This document shows, one piece after another, positions 17,702 through 27,504 of a stretch of 64,000 bases of DNA. The stretch spans positions 106,316-170,315 of the forward strand of contig JBBABX010000001.1 of assembly GCA_041657405.1 (NCBI GenBank), given 5' to 3'. Numbering within the stretch: position 1 is the stretch's first letter; each line of letters opens with the position of its first letter. The translations under genes were made by a program, and so were the position numbers. The notes under the pieces were generated by a model. That model was given only the letters and a program-made list of their open reading frames with translations. It made no database searches and had not been told where the DNA came from. This stretch comes from Minisyncoccota bacterium (GTDB lineage Bacteria > Patescibacteriota > Minisyncoccia > Phycocordibacterales > XYD1-FULL-46-19).

Positions 17702-19414
17702 ATGATTGACCCCAATAGTCAAACAACTGACAAACAACTAAAAGAGCTTCGTGAAAAAGAAGCCGAGGAATTGGCTCAAACCCTTTCTGGTCACTATGGA
17801 CTTCCATATCTTGATCTTTCAAAAACAGCCATAAACACCGATGCCTTGCGTTTAATACCCGAAAATGAAGCCCGTCAAGCCGCTGTCGCCACCTTTAAAG
17901 CCTTGGATAAAAATATCAGTTTGGCCGTTTTGTCACCCCACAAGCCCGAGACTTTGGCGATAATCAAGGATTTGCAAAACAAAAATTTCAAAATAGAAAT
18001 TTTTATGGTTTCCGAAGTTGGTCTAGAAAATGCCTGGTCTCGTTATCGTGAAGTTTCTTTATCAGAAAAGACAAAGGCTGGTATGATTGAAATTTCTGAA
18101 GAAGATATCACTCGCTTAACAGAACAGTGTAAAACTATTACTGATATCAAGACAGAAATAGACAAAGAAAGCGGTCTCGCTTTAAATCAAGGTGGTATTT
18201 CAGGTATTTTAGAAGTTATCTTAGCTGGTGGATTGGTTACTGACGCGTCAGATATTCATATTGAACCAGAACAAAAAACAATTCGTCTTCGCTACCGTCT
18301 AGATGGAGTATTGCAAGATGTAGCTGATTTCCCGCTCAAAATCCATAAGCAAATAATTTCCCGCCTAAAACTAATTTCTGGTATGAAATTAAATATTAAA
18401 GAAGCCTCTCAAGATGGACGCTTCTCCATCTCTTTAGAAAATACCGAGATTGAAATTCGGTCATCAATCATTCCTTCCGCTTATGGGGAATCTGTTGTTT
18501 TGCGTATTTTAAATCCCAAAACGATTGAATTAACTTTTGATAAACTCGGAGTAGAAAAAAAACTTTTTGAAATTTTTAATCAGGAAATCCACAAGCCGAA
18601 CGGTCTAATTCTTCTAACTGGCCCAACTGGCTCCGGTAAAACAACAACTCTTTATGCCTTTTTACGAGAAATAAATTCGCCAGAAAATAAAATTATTACG
18701 ATTGAAGACCCAATTGAATACCATTTAGGGGGAATCAACCAAACTCAGGTTAACGCCAAACAGGGTTATACTTTTCTTTCTGGTTTACGCAGTGCTTTGC
18801 GTCAAGACCCCGATGTCATTATGATTGGTGAAATCCGCGATGGAGAAACAGCTAAAACTGCTATTCAATCTTCTCTAACTGGACACTTGGTTTTTTCCAC
18901 CCTGCACACCAATAACGCCCAGGGGACTATTCCTCGCTTGATTGATCTTGGTGTTAACCCTAAAATTATCACCTCTTCATTAACTCTTTCCATCGCCCAA
19001 CGCTTATTGCGTAAACTTTGCCCACATTGCAAAAAAGAAGTTGCCGTTAAAGAGAGCGAGAAAGAATTACTTAACGCGGTTATCAAAAGTGTTATAGAAA
19101 AAAGACCCGAATTAGTACCCCCAGAGTGGCAGGGTGCAATAACTGAAAATAATAAAATTTTTGTGCCTGGTGGCTGTGAAAAGTGTAATGGTATCGGTTA
19201 TAAAGGGCGGGAAGGAATTTTTGAAGCCATCACGATGGATGACGCAATCGCGGCAACCACAATTGCTAACCCTAGCGAAAAAGAAATAAAGATAGCAGCC
19301 AAGACTCAAGGAATCTTAGATATGAGACAAGATGGAATCTTAAAAGTTATTACTGGTCAGACTTCTTTGGAAGAACTCTCTCGTGTTGTAGATTTGTATG
19401 AAGAAATCATTTAA
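17702..19414 (+). CDS. pilB: type IV pilus assembly / type II secretion ATPase (PilB/GspE family)
   Basis: N-terminal GSPII_E_N-like region; Walker A LLTGPTGSGKTTTL; Asp/His boxes; tetracysteine CPHCKK...CEKCNG. Confidence 0.9.
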   Translation: MIDPNSQTTDKQLKELREKEAEELAQTLSGHYGLPYLDLSKTAINTDALRLIPENEARQAAVATFKALDKNISLAVLSPHKPETLAIIKDLQNKNFKIEIFMVSEVGLENAWSRYREVSLSEKTKAGMIEISEEDITRLTEQCKTITDIKTEIDKESGLALNQGGISGILEVILAGGLVTDASDIHIEPEQKTIRLRYRLDGVLQDVADFPLKIHKQIISRLKLISGMKLNIKEASQDGRFSISLENTEIEIRSSIIPSAYGESVVLRILNPKTIELTFDKLGVEKKLFEIFNQEIHKPNGLILLTGPTGSGKTTTLYAFLREINSPENKIITIEDPIEYHLGGINQTQVNAKQGYTFLSGLRSALRQDPDVIMIGEIRDGETAKTAIQSSLTGHLVFSTLHTNNAQGTIPRLIDLGVNPKIITSSLTLSIAQRLLRKLCPHCKKEVAVKESEKELLNAVIKSVIEKRPELVPPEWQGAITENNKIFVPGGCEKCNGIGYKGREGIFEAITMDDAIAATTIANPSEKEIKIAAKTQGILDMRQDGILKVITGQTSLEELSRVVDLYEEII

Positions 19415-19440
19415 ATCGTTCTTTGTAAAATAAAAATAAT

Positions 19441-19610
19441 CAAGACTACAAACCTCCAAGCAATCCCTTTGGATGTGCATCTAAAGTTAAGTAATCCCTC
19501 AAGGATAGCTTCAGTAAAACTCACTGCTAAGGTGAAAACCAAAGCGTCCTTTCGAAAAAACCCGTTAGATCTATAAATAGATCTAGATTGTTTGGAGGTT
19601 TGTAAGCTTG
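19441..19610. repeat. ~170-bp unit bounded by 25-bp imperfect terminal inverted repeats (22/25) with an internal TAGATCTA-taaa-TAGATCTA tandem palindrome
   Basis: left arm caagactacaaacctccaagcaatc (19441-19465), right arm gattgtttggaggtttgtaagcttg (19586-19610); seen directly. Confidence 0.5.
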
Positions 19611-19698
19611 ATTTAAGACAAAAAAATAAACGTTGAATTAAAACAATAAATTTTTTCATTTCAGCGTCTAAATTATATGCTATCATAAAACAATTTTA

Positions 19699-20730
19699 AT
19701 GTCAAGTGTTTTAGACCCCCTTATGAATAACAACACCCCCCCTAAAGAAGACCTATATTTAGACTGTTCCTTACGTCCTTTGGCTTGGGTAGATTATATT
19801 GGTCAAAAAAATATCAAGGATAATTTACAAATTCTTTTGACTGCCGCCAAAGAACGCCAGCAACCACCAGAACATCTGCTTTTTTATGGTCCTCCGGGTT
19901 TAGGCAAAACAACTCTTGCTCATTTGGTAGCCAAAGAAATAAATGCTCAAATAAAAGTGACCTCCGGTCCAGCAATTGAAAAAGTTGGTGATCTGGCTTC
20001 TATTCTTACAAATTTATCAGCGGGTGATATTCTATTTATTGATGAGGTTCACCGCCTCAATAAAATGATTGAGGAGGTGCTTTATCCCGCGATGGAATCC
20101 GGGCATTTAAATATTATTATTGGCAAAGGACCGGGAGCAAGAGTGATTCAAATTGATTTGCCACCCTTTACCCTTTTAGCCGCTACTACTAGAATTGCAG
20201 CAATTTCTTCACCTTTACGTTCTCGATTTTCTGGTGGCACTTTTAAATTAGAATTTTATACTGATCAAGAAATTAGTGAGATTTTAAGACGATCAGCTCA
20301 AATTCTAGGAATTGAACTTGATGAAGAAAGCTCTTTATCAATTGCCAAACGTAGTCGTTTTACTCCACGTATTGCCAATCATTTACTCAAACGTTGTCGT
20401 GATTACGCCCAAGTTACCAAAAGAGCCCTCTCTCCCAAAACTATTCGCGAATCTCTAGAATTAATGGGGATTGACGAATTGGGATTAAACGAACCTGACC
20501 GTAAAATTTTAGAAGTGATTATTGAAAAATTTGATGGTGGACCAGTTGGGGTCGGAACGATTGCTACTGCTTTATCAGAAGAAGAAGCTACAATTGAAGA
20601 TGTTTATGAGCCATACTTAATTCAACTTGGTTTTTTAGAAAGAACTCCTCGAGGACGAGTTGCAACAAATAAAGGTTATGAACATCTTGGTTTTGATTTA
20701 CCAGCGGAAAAACAATCAAGACTTATCTAG
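19699..20730 (+). CDS. ruvB: Holliday junction DNA helicase RuvB
   Basis: Walker A LLFYGPPGLGKTTLAHLVAKE; Walker B ILFIDEVHRL; sensor and C-terminal wHTH. Confidence 0.95.
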   Translation: MSSVLDPLMNNNTPPKEDLYLDCSLRPLAWVDYIGQKNIKDNLQILLTAAKERQQPPEHLLFYGPPGLGKTTLAHLVAKEINAQIKVTSGPAIEKVGDLASILTNLSAGDILFIDEVHRLNKMIEEVLYPAMESGHLNIIIGKGPGARVIQIDLPPFTLLAATTRIAAISSPLRSRFSGGTFKLEFYTDQEISEILRRSAQILGIELDEESSLSIAKRSRFTPRIANHLLKRCRDYAQVTKRALSPKTIRESLELMGIDELGLNEPDRKILEVIIEKFDGGPVGVGTIATALSEEEATIEDVYEPYLIQLGFLERTPRGRVATNKGYEHLGFDLPAEKQSRLI

Positions 20731-20772
20731 TTTATCTTTTTTATATTATCTAATTCATAAATATCCCAATTT

Positions 20773-21312
20773 ATGTCAGGTCACAACAAATGGACACAAA
20801 TTAAACACAAAAAGGGTGCCGAAGACGCTAAGCGTAGTAAACTTTTTTCAATGTTAGTGCGAACTATCACGGTTGAATCGAGACTAGCTGATGGCAACCG
20901 CGAAGCGCCCAACTTAAAAGCAGTTATCGCGCGTGCTAAAGCGGCTAATATGCCTATAAATAATATTGAACGTGCCATAGAAAAAGGTGTCGGCACTAAT
21001 GGAGAATCATTCGAAGAAGTAATTTATGAAGCCTACGGCCCCGGCGGAGTCGCCCTTCTGATTATCGGCTTAACTGACAATAAAAATCGAACTACTCCCG
21101 AGATAAAACATCTTTTGTCTGAATATAATATCAATTTAAGTTCTCAGGGTTCAACCCAGTGGGCTTTTGTAAAAAAAGAAGATGGATGGCAAGCACAAAA
21201 TCCTATTCCCTTATCGGATCCCGATCAAGAAAAATTACAGGAACTTTTAGAAGCCCTAAACGAACATGAGGATATAAAAAATATTTTTCACAATGTTAGT
21301 GAGATCAACTAA
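20773..21312 (+). CDS. yebC: YebC/PmpR family DNA-binding regulator (short, 179 aa)
   Basis: MSGHNKWTQIKHKKGAEDAKRSKLF... universal YebC N-terminus; sits in the ruvB-yebC-ruvC arrangement. Confidence 0.75.
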   Translation: MSGHNKWTQIKHKKGAEDAKRSKLFSMLVRTITVESRLADGNREAPNLKAVIARAKAANMPINNIERAIEKGVGTNGESFEEVIYEAYGPGGVALLIIGLTDNKNRTTPEIKHLLSEYNINLSSQGSTQWAFVKKEDGWQAQNPIPLSDPDQEKLQELLEALNEHEDIKNIFHNVSEIN

Positions 21313-21790
21313 AATTTTAGGAATTGACCCTGGCTATGATCGACTAGGTTTGGCTATTGTTGAAAAAGGATCTTCTGATTTCAAATTAATCTATTCTGCT
21401 TGCCTTCAAACTAGTAAAAAAGATGACTTGTCTTTACGTTTTTTATTTTTGGGACAAAAATTAAAAGATATTATTAAAAAAGAAAAACCCGACAGTGTTG
21501 CTTTGGAAACTCTATATTTTTCTGTTAACCAAAAAACAGCCAGTAAAGTAGCCGAGGTTCGAGGAATGATAACTTATATTTGTGCTAGTTTGGGATTGCC
21601 AATTTTTGAATATAATCCGATGCAAATAAAAGTTTGTGTGGCTGGTTGGGGTGGTGCTGGTAAAAAACAGATAATTGAATTAGTTAAAAAACAAATCATA
21701 GTTCCAAACACTGTAAAAATAGATGATGAATACGACGCTATTGCTATCGCCCTCACACATCTCGCAATGTCTAAAACTCTAAAATATTAA
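21293..21790 (+). CDS. ruvC: crossover junction endodeoxyribonuclease RuvC
   Basis: ILGIDPGYDRLGLAIVE (catalytic Asp), ...DAIAIALTH; overlaps yebC by 20 nt. Confidence 0.85.
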   Translation: MLVRSTKILGIDPGYDRLGLAIVEKGSSDFKLIYSACLQTSKKDDLSLRFLFLGQKLKDIIKKEKPDSVALETLYFSVNQKTASKVAEVRGMITYICASLGLPIFEYNPMQIKVCVAGWGGAGKKQIIELVKKQIIVPNTVKIDDEYDAIAIALTHLAMSKTLKY

Positions 21791-21974
21791 GAAGATTGGT
21801 TTTTTCCATTTTTCTAAAAACCTTTTTAAAATAAGCTTAAAATATCTGTTTTTTCATCTTATCCACAATTAGTTTTAAAAACTATTGCAAAATTTTTTAC
21901 TTATGTTAAAAAATAATAACTTGAAAATAAATAAAGGTCGTGGCTGGTTTATTATTAGCTATAAGTAACATAAA

Positions 21975-22121
21975 ATGGACGACTTATATAATGATGACGC
22001 TTTTGGTGGTGTTGCCTTAAGCGACGACGATACAGAACTTGATACTGAAGACGAAGTTGAAGATTTGGATGATGAAATAGAAACAGACGATGATTTTGAT
22101 GGTGATTACGAAGAAGAATAA
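21975..22121 (+). CDS. highly acidic 48-aa micro-protein (MDDLYNDDAFGGVALSDDDTELDTEDEVEDLDDEIETDDDFDGDYEEE)
   Basis: not in ORF track (<60 aa); ATG start; strong compositional bias; followed immediately by a strong terminator; antisense ORF 21955..22140 looks like nonsense. Confidence 0.35.
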   Translation: MDDLYNDDAFGGVALSDDDTELDTEDEVEDLDDEIETDDDFDGDYEEE

Positions 22122-22142
22122 AAATCCATTTACAAACCAAAC

Positions 22143-22177
22143 AAAAAAAGGGGGGCTTAACCCCCCCCTTTTTTTTT
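22143..22177. terminator. bidirectional rho-independent terminator (A-run, GGGGGGC-ttaa-CCCCCCCC, T9)
   Basis: seen directly between the acidic small ORF (+) and tyrS (-). Confidence 0.7.
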
Positions 22178-22198
22178 GGTTTTTATTTAGAAAAAAAA

Positions 22199-23389
22199 TT
22201 ATTTAACTTCAATCTTAAGAAAATTTTTCTTACCAACCTTAAGAATTAGCCCTTTTTCTATTTTAAATGAAATATTAGTAATTTTGCCCCCCTCAATATC
22301 ACTTAAACCACCTCCTTCAACTAACCGACGAAAACCACTCTTTGATTTGATTAAACCATTCTCAAGTAAAATATCTACCAAAAAAACCCCTTTAGTAACA
22401 AACACCGACTTGATATCAGTTGGGACTTCTTTTTTTTGAAAAGTTTTAACAAAAAAGTCTCGCGCTTCATCGGCTTTTTTAGAACTATGATAAAGAGCGG
22501 TAATTTCCCAAGCTAACCGCATTTTTAGGTCGCGCGGATTTTGAAGTCCAATTGTGTTTTGTATTTCGGTTATTTCTTGCATAGACAAATCAGTAGCTAG
22601 AAAAAAATACTTATTTATTAAATCGTCACGCATAGACATCAACTTACCAAACATATCATTTGGCTCATCAGTGATATTTATAACATTGCCCCAACTGGTA
22701 GACATTTTACGCCCATCAGTCCCCTCCAACATCTGACAAGTTAAAACATCTTGTTCAGGTTGACCATAATGACGTTGAACCACTCGACCAGCCTTAAGGT
22801 TAAAAAGTTGATCAAAACCACCAATCTCAATATCTGCTTTTACTTTTACTGAATCATAGCCCTGCATAATTGGATATAAAAATTCCCGCAGAGAAATCTC
22901 CTCTTGATGTTCATAACGATCTTTAAAATTACGCCTAGCTAACATTTGTTGAACTGAAAAACTTTCAGCCAAAAGTGACAGCTCTTTTAAATTAATTTTA
23001 GATAACCACTTACTATTGTATTTAAAAGTTGTCCGACGCAAATCTATAATCTTACTTAATGATTTCTTATAATCTTTAAGATTTTTCTTAATAACTACAG
23101 CGTCTATCATTGGTCTTTTTCCTAGTTTATCAGATGGATCACCAATTTGGGCTGTAAAATCACCAATTATTAAAATTATTTTATGATCTAATTCTTGAAA
23201 TTTTTTTAGTTTTTGCAAAACAACAGCTCTCCCTAGATGAATTTTAGGTCCAGTTGGGTCAATCCCAAACTTAACAACTAATTTTTTACCTGACCTTAAT
23301 TTTTTTTCTAAACTTTCTTTTACAAAAACATCTTCTACTCCTCTAGTTAAAATATCTTGTATTTTTTGTTCTTTTTCTTTTAGATTCAT
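22199..23389 (-). CDS. tyrS: tyrosyl-tRNA synthetase
   Basis: GIDPTGPKIHLGRAVVL (HIGH-type), IGDFTAQIGDPS, KMSTS (KMSKS variant), C-terminal S4-like tail. Confidence 0.85.
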   Translation of the reverse strand: MNLKEKEQKIQDILTRGVEDVFVKESLEKKLRSGKKLVVKFGIDPTGPKIHLGRAVVLQKLKKFQELDHKIILIIGDFTAQIGDPSDKLGKRPMIDAVVIKKNLKDYKKSLSKIIDLRRTTFKYNSKWLSKINLKELSLLAESFSVQQMLARRNFKDRYEHQEEISLREFLYPIMQGYDSVKVKADIEIGGFDQLFNLKAGRVVQRHYGQPEQDVLTCQMLEGTDGRKMSTSWGNVINITDEPNDMFGKLMSMRDDLINKYFFLATDLSMQEITEIQNTIGLQNPRDLKMRLAWEITALYHSSKKADEARDFFVKTFQKKEVPTDIKSVFVTKGVFLVDILLENGLIKSKSGFRRLVEGGGLSDIEGGKITNISFKIEKGLILKVGKKNFLKIEVK

Positions 23390-23443
23390 AAAATAAAAAT
23401 ACCATATATTAGCTTTTTACACCATCTGTGTTAATATTTAGCC

Positions 23444-25921
23444 ATGCAAAAAAAGAAACAGCAAGTAATAAATTATACTATAAAATTTATCTTATTGGTT
23501 TTAATTTTAGGTTTTGTCTCGAGTGGAATCACAACAATTTGGGCAATTTCCCTACCAGTACCCGATTTTGAAACTTTTTTTGAAAAACAAATAAACCAAG
23601 CATCCACTAAAATCTATGACCGAACCGGCAAAACCCTGCTTTATGATGTTCGTGGTATCCGTCGAACAGTCGTCTCTTTTGAAAAAATACCGAGCCATAT
23701 CAAACAAGCAACTTTAGCCATAGAAGATGCTGAATTTTATACTCACAAAGGGGTCGATATAAGCTCTATTGCTAGAGCTTTTTGGGTTAATTTAGTCTCT
23801 GGTGGTATTCATCAAGGTGGTTCAACTATCACTCAACAAGTTGTTAAAAATTCTCTTCTTACCCAAGAAAAAACCCTAACTCGAAAAATAAAAGAGGCTA
23901 TCTTGGCGGTTAAAATGGAACAAACAATGTCTAAAGATGATATTTTAAATATTTACCTCAATGAATCACCTTATGGTAGTAATATTTATGGAGTCCAAGA
24001 GGCAGCTAAGGCTTATTTTAAAAAAGACATTAATGATATAACCCTAGCCGAAGCTGCTTATCTAGCCTCCCTTCCTCAGGCCCCTGGTTATTATTCCCCT
24101 TATGGAAAAAATAAAGCTAAACTAGATGATCGCAAGAATTTGGTTTTAAATCAAATGGTCAAAAATGATTTTATCACTGAAGAGGAGGCTGAAAAAGCCA
24201 AAGTTGAGGAAGTTGTATTTTATGAAAAAATAAATCAAAGCATCAAGGCCCCACATTTTGTATTTTTTATTAAAGAATATTTAGAAAATAAATATGGCGC
24301 AGACAATATTCAAAATAAAGGTTATAAGGTTATAACCACAATTGATTGGGATCTTCAACAAAAAGCTGAGGAATTAGCTAAAAAACACGGTGAAGAAAAT
24401 GAAAATAAATTCAATGCTCAAAATAATGGGGTTGTAGCAATCGATCCTAAGACTGGGCAAATTTTAGCTATGGTTGGCTCTCGTGATTATTTTAATCAAG
24501 ATATTGAAGGTAATTTCAACGTTACTACTGCCCATCGACAACCTGGTTCATCTTTTAAACCAATAGTTTACGCTACCGCCTTTAATAAAGGCTACACAGA
24601 TAAAACTGTTGTTTTTGATTTAAAAACTGAATTTAATACAAACTGCAGCCCCACAGGCATCCCTTTAACAACTGGGGCGCAATGTTATTCCCCTGTTAAT
24701 TATGACGATAAATTTGTTGGACCGATAACCCTAAGAGAGGCTTTGGCTCAATCTAGAAATATTCCAGCAATTAAAGTTCTTTATTTAGCAGGAATAAACA
24801 ATTCCCTAAATACAGCTCGTTCTTTGGGAATTTCAAGTTTGAGTGATAAAAATCAATACGGACTAACTTTAGTCCTTGGGGGTGGGGAAGTTTCTTTATT
24901 AGAAATGACTGGGGCTTATTCTGTTTTTGCTAATGAGGGAATAAAAAATAAAATAACCGGTATCTTAAAAGTTGCAAATCCTAATGAAAAAATAGTGGAG
25001 GAATTTATTTCTAAACCAGAGATAGTCATGCCAGAAAATACCGCTAGAATAATAAGTAATATATTATCAGACGATGACGCTCGCGCTCCAGCTTATGGCT
25101 ATCATTCCTTACTTTATTTCTCTAATAAAGATGTTGCTGTTAAAACAGGAACAACTAATGATTATAAAGATGCTTGGATAATTGGCTACACTCCCAATAT
25201 TGTAATTGGTGCTTGGGCAGGAAATAACGACAATACTCCTATGGCTAAAAAAGTAGCTGGTTATATAATTACCCCTCTTTGGCATGATGTGATGCAAACA
25301 GCTCTTAATCGTCTTCCTGATGAACGTTTTATTCCACCAATTTTAAATTATGAGGGGTTAAAACCAATAATGAAAGGTTATTGGCAAGGAGGAGAAATAA
25401 ATTTTGTTGATTTACCAAATCAACAAAATTTAGAATATATAAATAATTCAATTCATTCCATTCTTTATTGGATTGATAAAAATAATCCAACAGGTCAATC
25501 TCCTTCAAATCCTCAAAGAGATCCTCAGTTTAATCTTTGGGAATATCCGGTAAAAATTTGGGCTACTAATAATAATTTAGATTCTGGTAAAACATTTATT
25601 AATACTCAAGATGGGGAAAATTTAGAAAACAACTTAGAAGATATTTCTTTTAATATTACTTCCCCAAAACAAGGTGATAATATTGAACTTAAAAAAACCT
25701 TAAGAGTAGTTTTAGACATCCCAGAAAATATTGAAATTTCACAAATTAATTATTTTTTAAATAATTATAGTTTAGGAACAAATAAAAAACCTCCCTATAC
25801 TACATCCTTTACCCCCTCTCGATTAAAATTAGAACCTGGAAGTTATGATCTTAGGGTGGTTGTTTACGATAAAAAAGATAACCCCTTTGTTAAATCAATT
25901 ACAATAAATCTAATTAATTAG
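23444..25921 (+). CDS. bifunctional penicillin-binding protein 1A (glycosyltransferase GT51 + transpeptidase)
   Basis: GT51 motifs EDAEFYTHKGVD, GGSTITQQ; TP motifs SSFKP, KTGTTND; N-terminal TM anchor. Confidence 0.9.
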   Translation: MQKKKQQVINYTIKFILLVLILGFVSSGITTIWAISLPVPDFETFFEKQINQASTKIYDRTGKTLLYDVRGIRRTVVSFEKIPSHIKQATLAIEDAEFYTHKGVDISSIARAFWVNLVSGGIHQGGSTITQQVVKNSLLTQEKTLTRKIKEAILAVKMEQTMSKDDILNIYLNESPYGSNIYGVQEAAKAYFKKDINDITLAEAAYLASLPQAPGYYSPYGKNKAKLDDRKNLVLNQMVKNDFITEEEAEKAKVEEVVFYEKINQSIKAPHFVFFIKEYLENKYGADNIQNKGYKVITTIDWDLQQKAEELAKKHGEENENKFNAQNNGVVAIDPKTGQILAMVGSRDYFNQDIEGNFNVTTAHRQPGSSFKPIVYATAFNKGYTDKTVVFDLKTEFNTNCSPTGIPLTTGAQCYSPVNYDDKFVGPITLREALAQSRNIPAIKVLYLAGINNSLNTARSLGISSLSDKNQYGLTLVLGGGEVSLLEMTGAYSVFANEGIKNKITGILKVANPNEKIVEEFISKPEIVMPENTARIISNILSDDDARAPAYGYHSLLYFSNKDVAVKTGTTNDYKDAWIIGYTPNIVIGAWAGNNDNTPMAKKVAGYIITPLWHDVMQTALNRLPDERFIPPILNYEGLKPIMKGYWQGGEINFVDLPNQQNLEYINNSIHSILYWIDKNNPTGQSPSNPQRDPQFNLWEYPVKIWATNNNLDSGKTFINTQDGENLENNLEDISFNITSPKQGDNIELKKTLRVVLDIPENIEISQINYFLNNYSLGTNKKPPYTTSFTPSRLKLEPGSYDLRVVVYDKKDNPFVKSITINLIN

Positions 25922-25922
25922 A

Positions 25923-26180
25923 TTATTTGATATTTAAAATAATTTTTTCACCCAGTCTTTTTTTAATCTCGTCCAAAATCTGATTTTTTTGGATTAAAAT
26001 AGTTAATTTTAATTTTGTTGTTGTTTTTAAATAAAGATTATTATTAGAAATATTAAAATCTTCTTTTTTTAAATCTACATCAATTAGATCTTTAACTATT
26101 TTTATAACTTCATCTTTTATTAAAGAAGATTTAATTAAATTAATTTGGTATTTTTGTAAATAATTTAAAATATTATCCAT
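25923..26180 (-). CDS. hypothetical 85-aa protein downstream of dnaN
   Basis: ORF only; its position after dnaN recalls small S4-like or DciA-like genes in other bacteria, but no motif confirmed. Confidence 0.35.
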   Translation of the reverse strand: MDNILNYLQKYQINLIKSSLIKDEVIKIVKDLIDVDLKKEDFNISNNNLYLKTTTKLKLTILIQKNQILDEIKKRLGEKIILNIK

Positions 26181-26183
26181 TTG

Positions 26184-27293
26184 TTATGATTTTGATCTTA
26201 TCGGCATTACAATATAACTAAAAGATTCATCTCCAACCCCTTGAATTAATAGGGGTTTATCTTTACTGGTAAATTTTAAACTCAAATCTTTTTGGTTAAT
26301 AATTGACAAACAATCAATTATATATTTAACATTAAAACTAATTGTTAAATCTTCACCCTTTATATTTGTTATAATTTGTGAAATATTTTCCCCAATATCT
26401 TGATTTAGAGCTGTAACTTCAAAAATATTTTCTTTAGATTTAATTATAAAATCAATTTGACTATATTTATCTGAAAAAATATTAGCTATTTTTAAATTAT
26501 TAATTAAATCATTATGAGTGATAATTACTTCTGTTTTATGATTTTGGGGCATAATTTGACAATAATCAGGATAATTACCATTAATTATTCTCGATGTTAA
26601 ATGAATAAAATCTGAAATAAAAGATATTTGATTACCATCTGAAGTTATTTTTAAAACAGAATTAAGACGATCAAAAACCCTGATAATTTCATTAACATTT
26701 CTAAAAGGAATAATTATTGGGGAAAAATCTCTAATTTTTTCTTTTAAAGTAATTTTCTTTTCTGCTAAACGAAAAGAATCGGTTGCAACAAATATAATCT
26801 CATTACTGTTTTTATAAATATAAACACTTGCTATTTCTGGTTTTATATCAGAAATAGCTGAAGCAAAAACAACAGAACGAAGACTATTAATAAAATCACT
26901 ACTGTTTATTTCAAAACTATCACCCTTAATAACTTTTGGGATAATTGGGAAATCATCTATTGGCAAACTTTTTATTGTAGTAGATGTTAATTCAGTATTA
27001 ATTTTAATATTTCCCTTGTCTGAAGTTATTTTTAATTTATTTTCTTTTTGTAAATTAGAAAGAAAAGTGCTTAAAATTATAGCATTTACGGCGATTTCAC
27101 CTTCTTCTTCAACTTTTGCGGGAATTTCAATTTCTAAACCAATTTCTAAATTAGTTGCTTTTATAATTAACGATTTATTTTTTGCTTGAAGTAAAATTGA
27201 ATTCAAAATTGGTAAACTTAAATTTTTACCACTAGCTTTTTCGGCTAAAATAATACCCTCTTGTATTCTTTCTTTTAAGCATTCTATAATCAT
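26184..27293 (-). CDS. dnaN: DNA polymerase III beta sliding clamp
   Basis: 369 aa, three-domain clamp; N-terminus MIIECLKERIQEGIILAEKASGKNLSLPILNSILL; sits immediately downstream of dnaA. Confidence 0.9.
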   Translation of the reverse strand: MIIECLKERIQEGIILAEKASGKNLSLPILNSILLQAKNKSLIIKATNLEIGLEIEIPAKVEEEGEIAVNAIILSTFLSNLQKENKLKITSDKGNIKINTELTSTTIKSLPIDDFPIIPKVIKGDSFEINSSDFINSLRSVVFASAISDIKPEIASVYIYKNSNEIIFVATDSFRLAEKKITLKEKIRDFSPIIIPFRNVNEIIRVFDRLNSVLKITSDGNQISFISDFIHLTSRIINGNYPDYCQIMPQNHKTEVIITHNDLINNLKIANIFSDKYSQIDFIIKSKENIFEVTALNQDIGENISQIITNIKGEDLTISFNVKYIIDCLSIINQKDLSLKFTSKDKPLLIQGVGDESFSYIVMPIRSKS

Positions 27294-27504
27294 ATTAAGT
27301 ATTTTATTTAAGTATTCTATTACTATTAATATTGTTGATATGTGGAAAATTAAATCTAATCTTATTTATCAACCTATTTATTAACATTTAATTATAATTA
27401 AATGTTAATAAATAGGTTGATAAATAATTAATATTTTTTATTTTAAAATTATCCATAAATTATCAATACAATTTCCACAAGTTTTTCCACAAATTTTAAA
27501 CAGT
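27294..27504. promoter_or_regulatory. dnaA-dnaN intergenic oriC-like region with DnaA-box-like 9-mers (TTATCCAtA, TTtTCCACA x2) and a large palindrome
   Basis: seen directly; classic origin context. Confidence 0.55.
27362..27427. repeat. 66-bp perfect AT-rich palindrome (ttatttatcaacctatttattaacatttaattat | ataattaaatgttaataaataggttgataaataa)
   Basis: verified by reverse-complementing the left arm by hand. Confidence 0.8.

Noticed and set aside
19411-19686. 91-aa minus-strand ORF inside the inverted-repeat unit
   Set aside because: Made of the palindromic arms and AT-rich spacer, with no RBS and no protein-like composition. It lacks the pilin-like G-F-T-L-I-E start that a gene next to pilB might suggest.
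21955-22140. 61-aa His/Arg/Leu-rich minus-strand ORF
   Set aside because: Antisense shadow of the acidic micro-ORF and reads as nonsense.
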